DNA of 62,997 bases, the filler included, from Octopus bimaculoides (Eukaryota), in NCBI RefSeq assembly GCF_001194135.2. It is 6 parts of 6 records of this genome, joined end to end, with 100 filler letters (N's around TTAATTAATTAA, not from the genome) between each part and the next. Parts side by side here need not be neighbours in the genome. Positions count along the whole stretch, not along the records: positions 9,842 to 32,961 come from NC_068981.1; 5 more parts are not named here. The stretch is one strand, 5' to 3'. Shown here piece by piece: positions 12,106 to 25,916 of this stretch. How positions within the stretch are numbered: the stretch's first letter is position 1; each line of letters opens with the position of its first letter. Made by a program: the position numbers and the translations under genes. Below the pieces are notes generated by a model, which ran no database searches, was not told where the DNA came from, and saw nothing but the letters and a program-made list of their open reading frames with translations.

Positions 12106-13438
12106 AATATATTTCTAACTTTGCCATTGTTCTCTTTATCCTTTTCTTTATTTATGCATACACACGCTAATACACGACTTATAGTCCCTAATCCTGTTTA
12201 TACAACGAATGGGGCATAACTAGCCGGTATACAGCACTTTCTCGGTATTACCTGTATCTTTGGGTTTAGTTAAATCCAATCCCCTTCTTAACCTTACATA
12301 TATATATGGTTTTTGTATATAATATACATGTTAGCATATATTATAATGGATGAAAGGATGATTATTGAATGTTTACTATTTTGATATTTTAATATTTTTA
12401 ATAATTTTTCTATCTTTATAAAATAAGTATTTCATATAAATTCATTTGGTACTTATTGCTGGTTGATATATATATTTATTTATTTTAATTATTGTTCTAC
12501 TTACGACCTGACGATTAGCTATATTTTTGAATAGAATTTATTTTCGATAATTTCAATTGATTTTAATCGATTTAAATTTCTTTTCTATTTGAAAATTAGT
12601 TATGAAACACGTGTAGTCATTTTATTATCTTTTTCTCATGATATTTACTTTGTTTTATATTATACTCGTTTATTGTGCTTTTAATTATTAATTTTTCTAT
12701 ATGTGATAGTAGATTTTCATCGATGAGTTCTTGAAACTTGGTTATTTNNNNNNNNNNNNNNNNNNNNNNNNNNNNNNNNNNNNNNNNNNNNNNNNNNNNN
12801 NNNNNNNNNNNNNNNNNNNNNNNNNNNNNNNNNNNNNNNNNNNNNNNNNNNNNNNNNNNNNNNNNNNNNNNNNNNNNNNNNNNNNNNNNNNNNNNNNNNN
12901 NNNNNNNNNNNNNNNNNNNNNNNNNNNNNNNNNNNNNNNNNNNNNNNNNNNNNNNNNNNNNNNNNNNNNNNNNNNNNNNNNNNNNNNNNNNNNNNNNNNN
13001 NNNNNNNNNNNNNNNNNNNNNNNNNNNNNNNNNNNNNNNNNNNNNNNNNNNNNNNNNNNNNNNNNNNNNNNNNNNNNNNNNNNNNNNNNNNNNNNNNNNN
13101 NNNNNNNNNNNNNNNNNNNNNNNNNNNNNNNNNNNNNNNNNNNNNNNNNNNNNNNNNNNNNNNNNNNNNNNNNNNNNNNNNNNNNNNNNNNNNNNNNNNN
13201 NNNNNNNNNNNNNNNNNNNNNNNNNNATCCTACATATATTTTTATTTTTACTTTTATTCTCTAATTTCCATCCTTTCCAAAATAACTTCTCATATTGACC
13301 TCTACTACTTCCTTTAACTATCTTGCATCATGTCTTATGAAGGGATATCCCTAATATCACAGAAACAGCTGTTAGACTAATTTTCTCCTTATGTCTTGAA
13401 AATGTCACTCACCCTTGGCTTTGTTATCTCATTTTATT

Positions 13439-13478
<40 letters not shown>

Positions 13479-13517
13479 ACACATACAGACACACACACAA
13501 ACACACATACACACATG

Positions 13518-13551
<34 letters not shown>

Positions 13552-15157
13552 CACACATGCATACACCCACACATACATGTGCGTGAACAAGCAAGCACAA
13601 ACACCATACACACAGACAAGTTTATACCCGTAGTGTCGAAGACAGAGCCTATCAGCTGACTGCTCTTTTGATCTCTGAGATTAAATACACACATAAGTAT
13701 ACAAGGAGTGCATAAATGTGAACAAATCACAAATATTTACGAATCATATATTCGTAAATAATTTTTAATTGTTTACGTTATATCCTGCGTAATGTATTTT
13801 TAGATTCTTCTTCATATGTTTGAGTGTGTGTGTGTGTGCGTGCGCGCGCGCGTGTGTGAGAGTGTGCGTGCGTGTGTGTAATCGATTCTCTCGTTGAATT
13901 CAGTTATTGAGCATTCAGTTATTGCCGAACGACCTGCACAGCTTTCGTGTGTGCAACATCCTAACCACTAAGCCATGTATCTTACACACACACACACAGA
14001 CACACACAGACACACACACACACGCAGACACACACACACACACNNNNNNNNNNNNNNNNNNNNNNNNNNNNNNNNNNNNNNNNNNNNNNNNNNNNNNNNN
14101 NNNNNNNNNNNNNNNNNNNNNNNNNNNNNNNNNNNNNNNNNNNNNNNNNNNNNNNNNNNNNNNNNNNNNNNNNNNNNNNNNNNNNNNNNNNNNNNNNNNN
14201 NNNNNNNNNNNNNNNNNNNNNNNNNNNNNNNNNNNNNNNNNNNNNNNNNNNNNNNNNNNNNNNNNNNNNNNNNNNNNNNNNNNNNNNNNNNNNNNNNNNN
14301 NNNNNNNNNNNNNNNNNNNNNNNNNNNNNNNNNNNNNNNNNNNNNNNNNNNNNNNNNNNNNNNNNNNNNNNNNNNNNNNNNNNNNNNNNNNNNNNNNNNN
14401 NNNNNNNNNNNNNNNNNNNNNNNNNNNNNNNNNNNNNNNNNNNNNNNNNNNNNNNNNNNNNNNNNNNNNNNNNNNNNNNNNNNNNNNNNNNNNNNNNNNN
14501 NNNNNNNNNNNNNNNNNNNNNNNNNNNNNNNNNNNNNNNNNNNNNNNNNNNNNNNNNNNNNNNNNNNNNNNNNNNNNNNNNNNNNNNNNNNNNNNNNNNN
14601 NNNNNNNNNNNNNNNNNNNNNNNNNNNNNNNNNNNNNNNNNNNNNNNNNNNNNNNNNNNNNNNNNNNNNNNNNNNNNNNNNNNNNNNNNNNNNNNNNNNN
14701 NNNNNNNNNNNNNNNNNNNNNNNNNNNNNNNNNNNNNNNNNNNNNNNNNNNNNNNNNNNNNNNNNNNNNNNNNNNNNNNNNNNNNNNNNNNNNNNNNNNN
14801 NNNNNNNNNNNNNNNNNNNNNNNNNNNNNNNNNNNNNNNNNNNNNNNNNNNNNNNNNNNNNNNNNNNNNNNNNNNNNNNNNNNNNNNNNNNNNNNNNNNN
14901 NNNATATATATATACTCACAATTAAAAAATATTGTGCATCACAGAGAAGAAACTCCTGATAAGAGTGTCACTCTATTCGATATGTTTACAGAAACATTTT
15001 CTCTTGAATGAAAAGGGAAGAAAAAAAAAAGAAAAACAGGATAAAATTTCACTGGGCACTAAATGTAACAAGAGAACTTTTATGTATGTTAAGTGATAAT
15101 TGTTTCTTCACTTGTAAACGTCTAAAGTGCTATTTGTCAATATATAATCAAACAAAT

Positions 15158-15509
15158 ATGTACTGTTTCGCAATTAGTCACGTCACTCGAAAAACACCTC
15201 TTCTCAATATTTTCTCAATACTATTATTCCAAATGTGCTTGGGCAGTAATGTAAATTTTAGAGAATATTATGGCACTCGTGTTCCACCTCCTGTAACTGC
15301 CATTCCAGAAGCAGACAAATTAACTCAGATGTCAAACATCAGATCAGAAACTGAGTGTTTTTCTCTTTGTATGACATATTCTAAATGTGGTATGATCGTT
15401 TACAGCGTTTCCGATGAAGTATGCATCGTGCGTAAAATCAAGCAATTACCTGGTGCCACATCATTTATCGACATTCCGGCAAATAGTATTTACACAGTGC
15501 TTCAAGCTC
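15158..15509 (+). CDS. PAN/apple + C-type lectin gene, exon 1 (signal peptide and PAN-like domain)
   Basis: ATG 15158; hydrophobic LLNIFSILLFQMCLG; C-x3-C-x5-C-x11-C (CFSLCMTYSKCGMIVYSVSDEVC); strong GTGAGT donor at 15510, phase 1. Confidence 0.8.
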
Positions 15510-15655
15510 GTGAGTATTTTTCTTTTCCTAGTGCATGCGTTGTGTTTTATTATTATTATTATTATTATTTTATGTTTGACTTTTGCTTTGCATTTGTACA
15601 AGTTGGATCCAAGTCTCACCCAGAGACCTCAAGAGGCAACAAGTTAGGAGTTCAT

Positions 15656-15720
<65 letters not shown>

Positions 15721-15727
15721 TTTCTTT

Positions 15728-16560
15728 TTATCCATCCGGTTTCCGATGTCTGGTTAGGTGATCGCACTGAATCATTACATCCCAGAGGTTTTTAGAATCT
15801 TCATTCTCGGTGATTTCTTCTGGGGTTTGCTCATACCATGTCTTTGCTCTTTGTAGGCCGTGGTTTAAACAGAGCTCCCAATGGATCGTTCCCGACACAT
15901 TGTCATGTCGTCTTTTGTATTCACGTTGTGCCAATTTCGGGCATTCGCCAACGATGTGCCATATCATTTCTTCATTCTCACAGTACATTCTTCAGTTGCT
16001 GCTGTCGGTTGTGTAGTCGATTCAGCACTCCACATAGTTCTTAACGCTTTTTCTTGTGCAGCGCTTATAAGTGCTTCTGTCTCTGTCTTCAGGTCACTCC
16101 TTCTCATCCCTAGCCAACAGTCCTCTGTATTTGTCTCGGCATTCGTACCTCTTGCAAACTAACCCTACGTTTTCTTTTCCTTCCATGTTGTTTCTTTTCC
16201 TTCCATGTTGTTTCTTTTCCTTCCATGTTGTTTCTTTTCCTTCCATGTTGTTTCTTTTCCTGTTCTTTTCCACTTAAAGTTTTTCTTTCTTCATACAATT
16301 CTCAGTTTTAATGACGCCAGACTTCACATGTTTCGACAATAGTCCCACGGTATCTTTTACATATCACCCTAAACTGTTTTTCTCTGTTTCGATACAATCC
16401 TGGCAACTGATCAAACCTCTCCCACACTTTCTTCTGGACAAGTAGAGCATATCGGGGTCACTTTTAGGGTGGAAGGCTCCGTGCACTGTTAATATTTTCT
16501 TGTCTTCATATCCATGTTCATCAGTTCTTTCTTTTGTCAGTTTATGATTCCAGCTCCATG
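15728..16560 (-). mobile_element. R4/Dong-clade (RLE-type) non-LTR retrotransposon fragment
   Basis: HPKSDPDMLYLSRRKCGRGL, WKEKKQHG, C..E.IWHIVGECPKLAQREYKRRHDNV..IHW, LWDVMIQCDH..RKPD; these are post-RT, CCHC and RLE-start motifs; broken by stops and frameshifts. Confidence 0.85.
16171..16260. repeat. 20-bp tandem repeat x4 (TTCCATGTTGTTTCTTTTCC) inside the R4-like fragment
   Basis: Four identical units at 16181-16260 plus a partial one. Confidence 0.95.
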
Positions 16561-17200
16561 TACTCAATTGAACATATTACTATTCCTCTGTATCACCCAA
16601 GATCTAATGGACAAGCGGAAAGGTTCGTAGATACATTTAAAAGAGCATTAAAGAAATCAAGAAACGTGTTAGTCGATGACGCAGCCTTGACGCAATTCTT
16701 TAGGGTTTATAGGATAACACCAAACCCAAACGCTTTTCAGGCAAGTTGCCTGCGGAATTAATGTTTGTTCAGAAAATAGAGTCAGTTTTCCACAAGCTGC
16801 TACCAGTAAGAAAAACAAATAGGGAAATCACTAAAATACGACAAAGTCATTTAATATCAGTGCCTAAGTATTTTTCAAAGTATATAAGAATGGAAGACAA
16901 GGTTGAGAAGACGGAGAAGTAACAAAAGGAATAGGCAAAATGACATATATGATAAGAGGCGAAAAATGAGAATACAAAAGGCATTTAAACCAGCTAAGAA
17001 AATAGATATACGCAAAAAAGCGTGGAAGTGTGTGTTTGCGCGAAGGTTTATATTCCAGGTCTTGACATGAGAGCGTTGAAAATCTGTGTCGTTCGTTGGT
17101 CTCGGTGTAACTTCTAATAAATATATAGAAAGTGGTTCACCTTGGTCCCTTTGAATATGCATCAATTATTGCTACTTTTAATAAGTTTGAATTCACTCGG
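16540..17200 (+). mobile_element. Ty3/Gypsy (K02A2.6-like) integrase C-terminal fragment
   Basis: IEHITIPLYHPRSNGQAERFVDTFKRALKK..FFRVYRITPNPN; homologous to 41848-42186. Confidence 0.85.
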
Positions 17201-17964
17201 AATCCAAATCATAGGAACGAATCACTTTGAAATATTTTCATTTTTATACAAACGGTACTGGTCATAGGGAACCGTGCTCGTGAGTTAACACCACACTTGT
17301 TCTCTATTTTCTATCAGTTCTAAGATTGATGATTATTTTTCATACCCGTTCATACAATTATCCATGGATTCGGCACACTGTAATATTTTCTTTTAATAAT
17401 CTGCCTACACACTATACCAGTTCAGTTGCCGCCAGCAGTCTTTCACTATTGTTTTCTTTTACAAGTAGAACCCTATGAGCTTTTTCTGTGAGTCCTTTAG
17501 TCTTCAGATAGGAGATTAATGTGGCCGAGATGTTAATACATCTTCGTGCTCTGAGTCAGTATCAGGGTATTATAAAACTTCGAATGGTGTCCTGAAGCAT
17601 GCTAGAAATAGGCAAACGTCTTGTTAATAATTTTCCGATGAAGATGATTGGTGAGAAGTTGAAGTCCATAAATGATCATCACTTTACGGGAAGTTTCTCA
17701 ATCAGCAATAGTTAGAAATTATACTAGAAATTAGAACAACATTATGGTGTATAACGAAATTTCAAGACATTAATTCATAAGTATGTCTTGTAAGAAATAA
17801 GGTCTGCAATAAATATGATTATGTAGAATTTACTGATTAACGAAAAAACACAAGATGATAAAAAAAGGGAATCTTTTATAACAAAATTAGATATGTATGA
17901 AATAAGAGCAACGGTCGAGATTCTCTTAAGTAAGAAAGTTTGCTTCTTCGAGCTTTCATGATGT

Positions 17965-18170
17965 TGTTGCTTGTTCCTTCTCTAGCCATGCCTGGCTCAT
18001 AAGGGCCGGTGTCCCGGTTTCATTGATGTATAGGTTCCCCACCTGGACAGGACGCCGGTCTGTCGTAGGTGAGCTGCTACATGCATGAGGAATGAGTGAG
18101 AGAAAGTTGTGGTGAAAGAGGCAGCAGAAGTTCGCTATTACCCTCTGCCGGAGCCGCGTATGAGGTGAGA
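17965..18170 (-). mobile_element. SINE family C-related fragment
   Basis: Reverse complement contains GGCTCCGGCAGAGGG..TCTTTCACCACAACTTTCTCTCACTC, shared with 28520-28890. Confidence 0.55.
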
Positions 18171-18561
18171 AGTATGAAAATAGGTGGGTTTAACACTAGC
18201 TCATTAGTTTACATGTATAACATTGATGACTGGATTATCGTCTGACCACCTTGTCTTGTTGAATTTTGATGAAAAAGAAATTGTCACAGCTAGTAAACTA
18301 TGTACATGGGAGTTGGAGAGATTGCTCTTGAAAAGAAGATTCTAGAATGAGATTTATTGTGTGTGCAAAACCAAAACTGGAAGAGAAGCGTGTGTGGGAA
18401 TTCTAATTGCCAGTGTGCAGTTACAAATAATTTTCAGTTGAGGTGAAATGGCTAAGAGAAAATAAATCAGTCAATAGCTAATAGTGACCTGAAATTAACA
18501 TAAATTATTACTTTTCCAAATGATCTTACACATGAGATATATTTTTCTTGTCTTCCTATAG

Positions 18562-18741
18562 CTGAATGTCCTACCTCAGCCGGCTACATTTATCGACCAG
18601 AATTTAGATTATGCTTTCAAATAGGTTCTAAGGAAATTTCATGGAATGACGCCGCAGACAATTGCAATAACGATCGGGGACGACTTATCCACCTGAAAAA
18701 TTTGGAAGTGAACAACTATATCAGAACACTAATAGCATCGA
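18562..18741 (+). CDS. PAN/apple + C-type lectin gene, exon 2 (CTLD N-half)
   Basis: Pyrimidine tract plus TAG acceptor at 18561; 180 nt, phase 1-1; ECPTSAGYIYRPEFRLCFQIGSKEISWNDAADNCNNDRGRLIHL; GTGAGT donor at 18742. Confidence 0.9.
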
Positions 18742-18810
18742 GTGAGTAATATACATTTTACACACAAACTCACACCCATAAACACAAACACACATATGCA
18801 CTTCTCCCCC

Positions 18811-18843
<33 letters not shown>

Positions 18844-18849
18844 CCTCTC

Positions 18850-18884
<35 letters not shown>

Positions 18885-19361
18885 GACACACATTCACTTA
18901 AAGCTGTATCTAATATCATAAGCGATAACTATTTAATGATATTCATACGTTAAATTTTGACATTGTTATAATTTTCCTTTGATATTATTGTCTGCTATCT
19001 GAAGAATGTTTTTTTTTTTGCGCTGATAAAATACAGAAGTTATAGAGAATATAGCAAGTATAATAATTGAAATTAATACATATATATTTAAAGAATTTAT
19101 GTCATTATTTATTATCAATACATTTCAAAAGAAAATGTCTTTGCCTTTAAAAAGTATTCAAGTAAGCATTTATTTTAGATTTTGTTCTATGCCTTGCACC
19201 TAATATTTCGGGAATACACTTAATATCGTGCTGCAGATAAAGCATTGTTCTATAAAATAAGTACCAATTGAAGACTGTGGTTGATATAATCAACTTAGCG
19301 CCTCTCCCCGAATTTGCTGGCCTTACGCCAAAATTTGAAATTAATATAAAAAACGACAGCA

Positions 19362-19562
19362 AAGCTACGAGTTGGCAAGATCATTAGCAAGCCGGGTAAA
19401 ATGCTTAGCGGCATTACGTTCTAAGTTCGAATTCTGACGAGGTCGACTTCACCTTTCATCTATTCGGAATCGATAAAATAAGTACCAGTTGAGCACTGGC
19501 GTCGATGTAATCAACTTATTCCCTTTCCCGAAATTGCTGGCATTGTGTCAAAATTTGAAACC
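19362..19562 (+). mobile_element. SINE family A
   Basis: GAGTTGGCAAGATCATTAGC..AGTTCGAATTCTGACGAGGTCGAC..AAGTACCAGT. Confidence 0.7.
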
Positions 19563-19622
19563 AGTATTAAAAACGACAGCTGTGGTAGTTCGAATTAGAC
19601 ACATTACTGACAATGTGAATAT

Positions 19623-20114
19623 ATTACGAAGTAGAAGCGCTAAGCAGTAATGTGTATAAATGCAATGGTATTACCAGTTCAAATATATTTATGGAATGTT
19701 TGGACTCGTAAATAAGTCATTCACTGTGTTTTATCACAGAAAATTTCTCGCTGTAGACAATGATGTAAATACACCTAGATCAGTTTGCAGCGCCCTCATT
19801 CCAGACTTTGTGATGCCGCATTTCAGAATAGTTGTCTTCTCTTCGGTCACAGGTAATAACATTGCATTTATGCATATCACTTCTTAGCGCTCCTACTTCG
19901 TAATTTACTTACGGTAAGCAGCCGCATAGCATTATCAGCCATCATACAGTGACTGAAATAGCAGAGGAGAACCACTTTCTTTCATCGGTTCGCAGTGCCC
20001 TCAGTGGCCGAAGAGGAGACAACTACTCCGAAATGCTGCATCTGATAGCCAGGAAAGGGGGCGCTGCAAACTGATCTAGGTCATCAGCGAAAAATTTTCT
20101 CCATGACAAAACAC
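19623..20114. repeat. Interleaved double inverted repeat (A-B-A'-B') with a hammerhead-like remnant
   Basis: A 19623-19675 vs A' 19852-19904; B 19726-19850 vs B' 20004-20114; CCGAAGA-GGAG..CTCC-GAA-ATGCTGCATC at 20008-20042. Confidence 0.75.
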
Positions 20115-21496
20115 GTTTAACATAGTGAATTGCTTGCCACAAGCAATTTAAACTAGTAATAACACTGAATCTGAATATTTATTCTTAAACTTCGATTTTG
20201 CTTTTAATCGACACAACATCAATATTCTTAGTAGAATGGTAGTGTATATTAAATTTACTAACATACCTATGGCAGTCATTTTATCAAACTACAGTAATAT
20301 GAAAGATGAAGTCAATCCTGTTCAGTGTTAAATTCATATGTAAAAAGACGAAATGAAAAAAATATCTACTATATTGGTTTGCTCAACACCGTTCATTAAC
20401 AAATGATTAACACTACATTTCATTTTAGATATGAAGAATATGAAAATCTAGAACATGTTAATATATTCCTTTGTCGACGAGTTTGTTTATCTGTCATTAT
20501 CGAGAAAGAGGCTATATGTAGTTTGCTGGCGTAAACAACAAAAAGTCACACTAAAACAGTATATACAATATCAGTAAGTACGGTACTACATACTTCATTG
20601 ATGAACCGTAATTATTTCCAGTACAAACACAAGCTCTGAAATTGTGTATGTAGTGGAGTGTAGCTGATTAGATCAACTACACTCCATCTGTTGATTGAAT
20701 GATACTTCAATCAACAGATGTACCATTGTTGATTGAACAATGGTACATCTGTTCAATCAACTGCACTTGAATGGTACTTCATTTTATTTCCCCGAACGGA
20801 ATAAGAGGTAAAACTGACCTGGTTGTGATATAAATTCAGAATGTTAGGTGCCGGGGAAATTACCGCAAGACATATCCGACGCGCCGACCATTCTGTCCGT
20901 CACACAGCTTTGCTAAAAGCAAGGGCGTGTAATGAACTTAAGCCTAAACACAAACTTTCCTAATAAGAAGATATGTCATAGCTCTCAATATTTTATGAAA
21001 CTGTTGGGATGACTGAGACTTCACCTCGTCTATTGTGGCTTATGTATTGATTGAATAAACCGTAAGGGGCTAAGCTTAAAGTCATATTCGACCCAATAAA
21101 TAAAAGCGTTGAGTCTTTCCATCGCTAATTATTTGTTGTTGCTTATAACTCTTCCCATACAACCAAATGTGATGTATCTGGACACATCGTCAGTGGTCTT
21201 TCCTGTGATCATTAGATGTTTCTAGTCTTTCAACATCAAACACTCTCACCCAGCTGATTCAGCCAGCCAGTGTTGGCCAATCCCCAACTTGTGCCTAGTC
21301 AACACCATCCTTGCGAGCACTTCCTCTTCCAGGGCTCAAAAGTCTCGATCCAGAACCACCTAAAGCAACTTCTGCTGCCTTCAATCCTAACATAAATACT
21401 TATTTATTCTGTATTTGGAAATAGCGTGAACATTTCGACTTTCCTGGATTCAGATCTGGCTTTAAAAAATAAAAGCACCTCCTCCTCCTCCTCCTC

Positions 21497-21548
<52 letters not shown>

Positions 21549-22585
21549 ACATAAATCATTCAACCACGGTAGTGGCTGAATATATTCTTAAGTCCACCAT
21601 TTCGTTAATCGCAGCAGCTTCCAAGCTTCACCGCGAATTCAGTTCTCAACTAAATTGCAAACTGTTAACAGATTTAAAGAGGACACCTTCTCAGCCACAC
21701 TTTGGCATAAATAGTTTGAGATTTGGTTCAATAGAAAAAAAGTTACATCAAAATATCTGCGACCTCAAGGGAGGAGGGGGGCAGTAAGGCACCTGTTCAC
21801 CTTCAATTAACATAAACTTTTCAATTTTAAAATAAAAGTATACTTTTCTTAGGCTTAAATGATAGAAAAATGCATGAGGAATTCAGAGTCATTAGTCACA
21901 TTGAACAAAAATGAGTAGAAGAAAAGTTATGGGGTGAAATGCCACGAAAAATCGTGTCAGTAAGTAAGAGAGTAAGGAAGTAACGCTTAGCAATGAGAAT
22001 AAAGAATATATTACTAAAATGAATGTTTCCGTTCCAAGCAGCGAGCTAGCAGAAATGTTAACGTGCTGGGTGAAATGCTTAACGGTATGTCACCTGTGTA
22101 TGTCACCACCGAGGTCGACTTAGCTTTTTATTCATTTCGGATCTATTCAATTTGACGTACAGATTATATGATTAATTTTTTTTTAACTAAACACTTTGAA
22201 ACTTCCGATACTGGAACGATGTGTCACATACAACAAGGTTTTTTCTTAACGTTTTTGACAAAATTTTGTATTTTAGAAATTATTTCGTTACAAGTTACAG
22301 AGTAACAATGGACAAATTTGTGTTTGATAAGTGCCAATACACGAAACTCTCGGCTTTTGACTTACTCTCTAACTTCTGCCGATGATATATATGCATATTA
22401 TACATATATATGTAAAAATATCTCATCACGCAATCAAACCAATGAAAGAGCCTTTACTTGGTCGCTCGACACGCTAAAAATAGCAGCCAATTTATCCCCC
22501 TACCAAGTATTTTATAAGGTAAAATCCTAAATTATTAATTGACACATTAATTATCTTATAACAGTAATGCCTGGAAAAATCATGC

Positions 22586-23056
22586 ATTACATGGAAAAAT
22601 GCGCGCAGGAAAAGTAGTATTCTTAAACCTGGAAAAGTACAGGACAAGTTATTACACATGTAAAAATATAGGACAAACTATTACTTCAAGTAAAGTAAAG
22701 AATAGGAAACATTTTACTTAAAATATTGCAACTAAAGTTAAAATTGAATATTAAAAATTATTTAATTAGTTTTCAACTAACACTTTACTTATTTAAGAAA
22801 AAGTGACTAATTAGACAAACTTACAAATTAGCTGAACAGTTTTGTGCAATAAATTTAAAAGATGAGAACTGTAAAGAGTGATAAATTAGAAGAACTGGCA
22901 TTCTTTGCTGCAATATTTTAAGGAAAAAATTTCTTATTCTTTACTTGAAGTAATAGTTTGTCCTATACTTTTACAGGTGTAATAACTTGTCCTGTACTTT
23001 TCCAGGTTTATAATCGTAAGAATATTACTTTTCAAGCTCGCATTTTTCCATGTAAT
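22586..23056. mobile_element. Foldback/MITE-like element with ~150-bp inverted arms
   Basis: ATTACATGGAAAAATGCG..CCTGGAAAAGTACAGGACAAGTTATTACAC..AGGACAAACTATTACTTCAAGTAAAG is mirrored in reverse complement at ~22910-23056; arms contain sub-repeats; no TSD resolved. Confidence 0.75.
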
Positions 23057-24004
23057 AATACATTTCTAAAGCTGTACATTGCATTAAGCTTTAAAAACAA
23101 TCATATCGTAAATATTTGATTGTCTTATTATTTATAATTCTACATTGAAATACATTGCTGATTATTCTCTTTGGAGTGAACATTTTACAACTAGGTACAA
23201 CTTTTTTAAAGCGTTATGGTAACTGTGCATTATTGTAAAATTTAAGGAATGTAACTGATATAGAATATTTGCTGTACCTAAGCAAATTTAGAAAAGCAAA
23301 AGCATTATTTTCTTTTATAAAGAAGATCTATTTTGTTCTCCGTCGTTTAATATAATCATTTCATTTACTGACAATGGGAAAATCGTACTCAGTAAAAGTT
23401 ATTAGACGATTATATTTTTTTCCATGCATATCTTGTATAAATATTGTCCCCCGCCTACTTCGATAGCCCAATAGTTTCCGAGTCTCTAGATATACTGATT
23501 TCTGTTATTTGCTCAAAGCAAAATCTATTAAATCGACACTTGTAGAATACTAGTAGTTATTTTATCGACACTAGAAGGATGAAAAAGCAAATTTTGAATT
23601 CGATTCACGCCACATCGTTAAATTAGAATGCAAAAAATCTGTGGTTAAATACTGTAAGGTTTTACCCCCAATTCAGTCGTTTCTCTCCCCCACCACATCA
23701 ATTCTGCTTAGTCCCATATTTCCAATTCATTAATTATGATAAGATAAAAAAATTTTGTCCAGTATGGCTGCACTTCATTAACTGAAACCAGTATATGTAA
23801 AAGGGTATATCTTTAGTTTCCTTTTGTTTCAGGTAGGTTGTTTTGGGACGTTTTTATTACCATGGAAACCATAGAAATGAGTTTTGAATCTCTGAAATTA
23901 GAAACATTGTGGGCATAGTTTTACCGAATAATAGCTAAAACTCTGTCGATTTTATTTTCAAACGTTGCCAGTCCATACACCCCACACACGCATATATATA
24001 TATA

Positions 24005-24035
<31 letters not shown>

Positions 24036-24053
24036 TTGTGCGTGTGCGTGTGT

Positions 24054-24127
<74 letters not shown>

Positions 24128-24299
24128 CCTATGCAGTAGATATATAAACAGAGTAAATTTACTATATATTGATCAGCCTTAATTGACATTTGAACCTCAC
24201 TGGATTCTCATCAGCGGTGTCTACATCATTATGACCAACCAGTACATCCACCCGCATTTATATATTACGGCCGGTTAGATAGTTACTATTGGTTTCACC

Positions 24300-24720
24300 T
24301 ATGGGACTGTGTGGAATACTTATCTACTAATCTAAAGAAGATCCTTTCTACGCAGTTTTTTACGTTAAGCGAGAAGGGTCGGGCAAAATGAAATGCCTTA
24401 CGGCATGTATTGTAACTTTTATATCCCTATCACTAACCTCAGTAAATTCCATGATGAGCATAAGCATCCTTACTAAAAAACCTATATTGAATAAGGTGAA
24501 GCTTGCCCTGCCTCTATAGTTGTTTGCTTTAAACCATGAAATTACTGCATTGGTATTCCGCCATAAGAGGAGTCTGTATGCACTCCTTATGTCATTGTTA
24601 ATCTTTCTCAAAATATGTTTGTTCACCAGCTCGATTTCCAATTTAATCAGGCGGTACTTCAGGTTGGATGCAGAATTCGGCTTGATCTACGATGGTAATA
24701 GAAAGTATTTCTAGGTTACT
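24300..24720 (-). mobile_element. Penelope-like RT fragment
   Basis: ILRKINNDIRSAYRLLLWRNTNAVISWF..F.LFNI matches the N-terminal RT region seen again at 44700-45300. Confidence 0.65.
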
Positions 24721-25363
24721 TAATGAATAACAAGGAAGCAGGAATTTCATTAGCGTATACCTATTCTCGCATGTCTATGGTGACAAATAGATTAATAGAC
24801 ATATGTAAAATGTAGTCCAAATTAAAAGTATTAATTTTCTCAAGTAACTGTTATTGTCTTCTTGTGATGAAATAGCTTCGACCCCACGTTTTGCCGCACA
24901 ATCACAAATTGATCATGTGCGCAAACCCAATTTCAGTCCAATCAACGGCTGTTGTTCAAGTGATAGTCTGGCGGCATAACTAGAAATTTCCGTGAACAAA
25001 GCCTACAAATATAGCTGATTTGAACGCGAAAACCTTAGAGTGATTCCAGTCCTCGGTGGAGTTCACTTCCACCTCAACCTTTTTACATCTACACATTCAA
25101 ACTGGCGTGATAGTTAAATAAAACACAGTACAACAAGAATATGTAGTGATGTGTAAAAATTTGAATTTCTGACGAAGAGTGTTTGTGCCTTTAATATACG
25201 TGGTTTCGTCTGAATATTCCTCTTCTTATAGTACCTGAACACTTTTTGTGTTAATGTACCAATATATATANNNNNNNNNNNNNNNNNNNNNNNNNNNNNN
25301 NNNNNNNNNNNNNNNNNNNNNNNNNNNNNNNNNNNNNNNNNNNNNNNNNNNNNNNNNNNNNNN

Positions 25364-25396
<33 letters not shown>

Positions 25397-25916
25397 AAAC
25401 AGGCCGTCTCCCTGACTCGTCTCATAGATAAGAAGATTGTTTATCTGGGTGTTAGAAAAAGACTAGATAACCTATGCCATGAGAGAGATTTTCGAGATGC
25501 TGTGACTGAGTCATATATATTAAGGGGAATTCTATTTAAACTGTGATAGGCGCACAAATTGAAATTTGCTGCTAATGAGCATGCATGTAATGGCGTGAAG
25601 CACTAAAATTATTCCGGATTTTAAAATATCCTCCGATTTTTCAATTTACCTAAAAGCCTCTGAGCATACAAGCAGATCATTTGTCGGTTTGAAGTATGCA
25701 GCTGATAAAAACAGCTACCATGATTGTCGCTTCATCTTCTAGAGACTGCAGTCAACTGTTTCTCGAAGTGGATGATATAGTTCAGAACATATTACCAGCA
25801 CGGTTAACATTCGATGTCAATAACAATATTAAAAAGATGATATGATAGTCACAGAGAGAGAGAATAATAACGAATTTCCGCATATGTTTGTCTCTATGAT
25901 CCACTTTTCCTTTCAG

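Noticed and set aside
20410-20515. Extra lectin exon after a TTTTAG acceptor in intron 2
   Set aside because: The phase-1 reading hits a stop within 7 codons, and exon 2 joins exon 3 cleanly without it.
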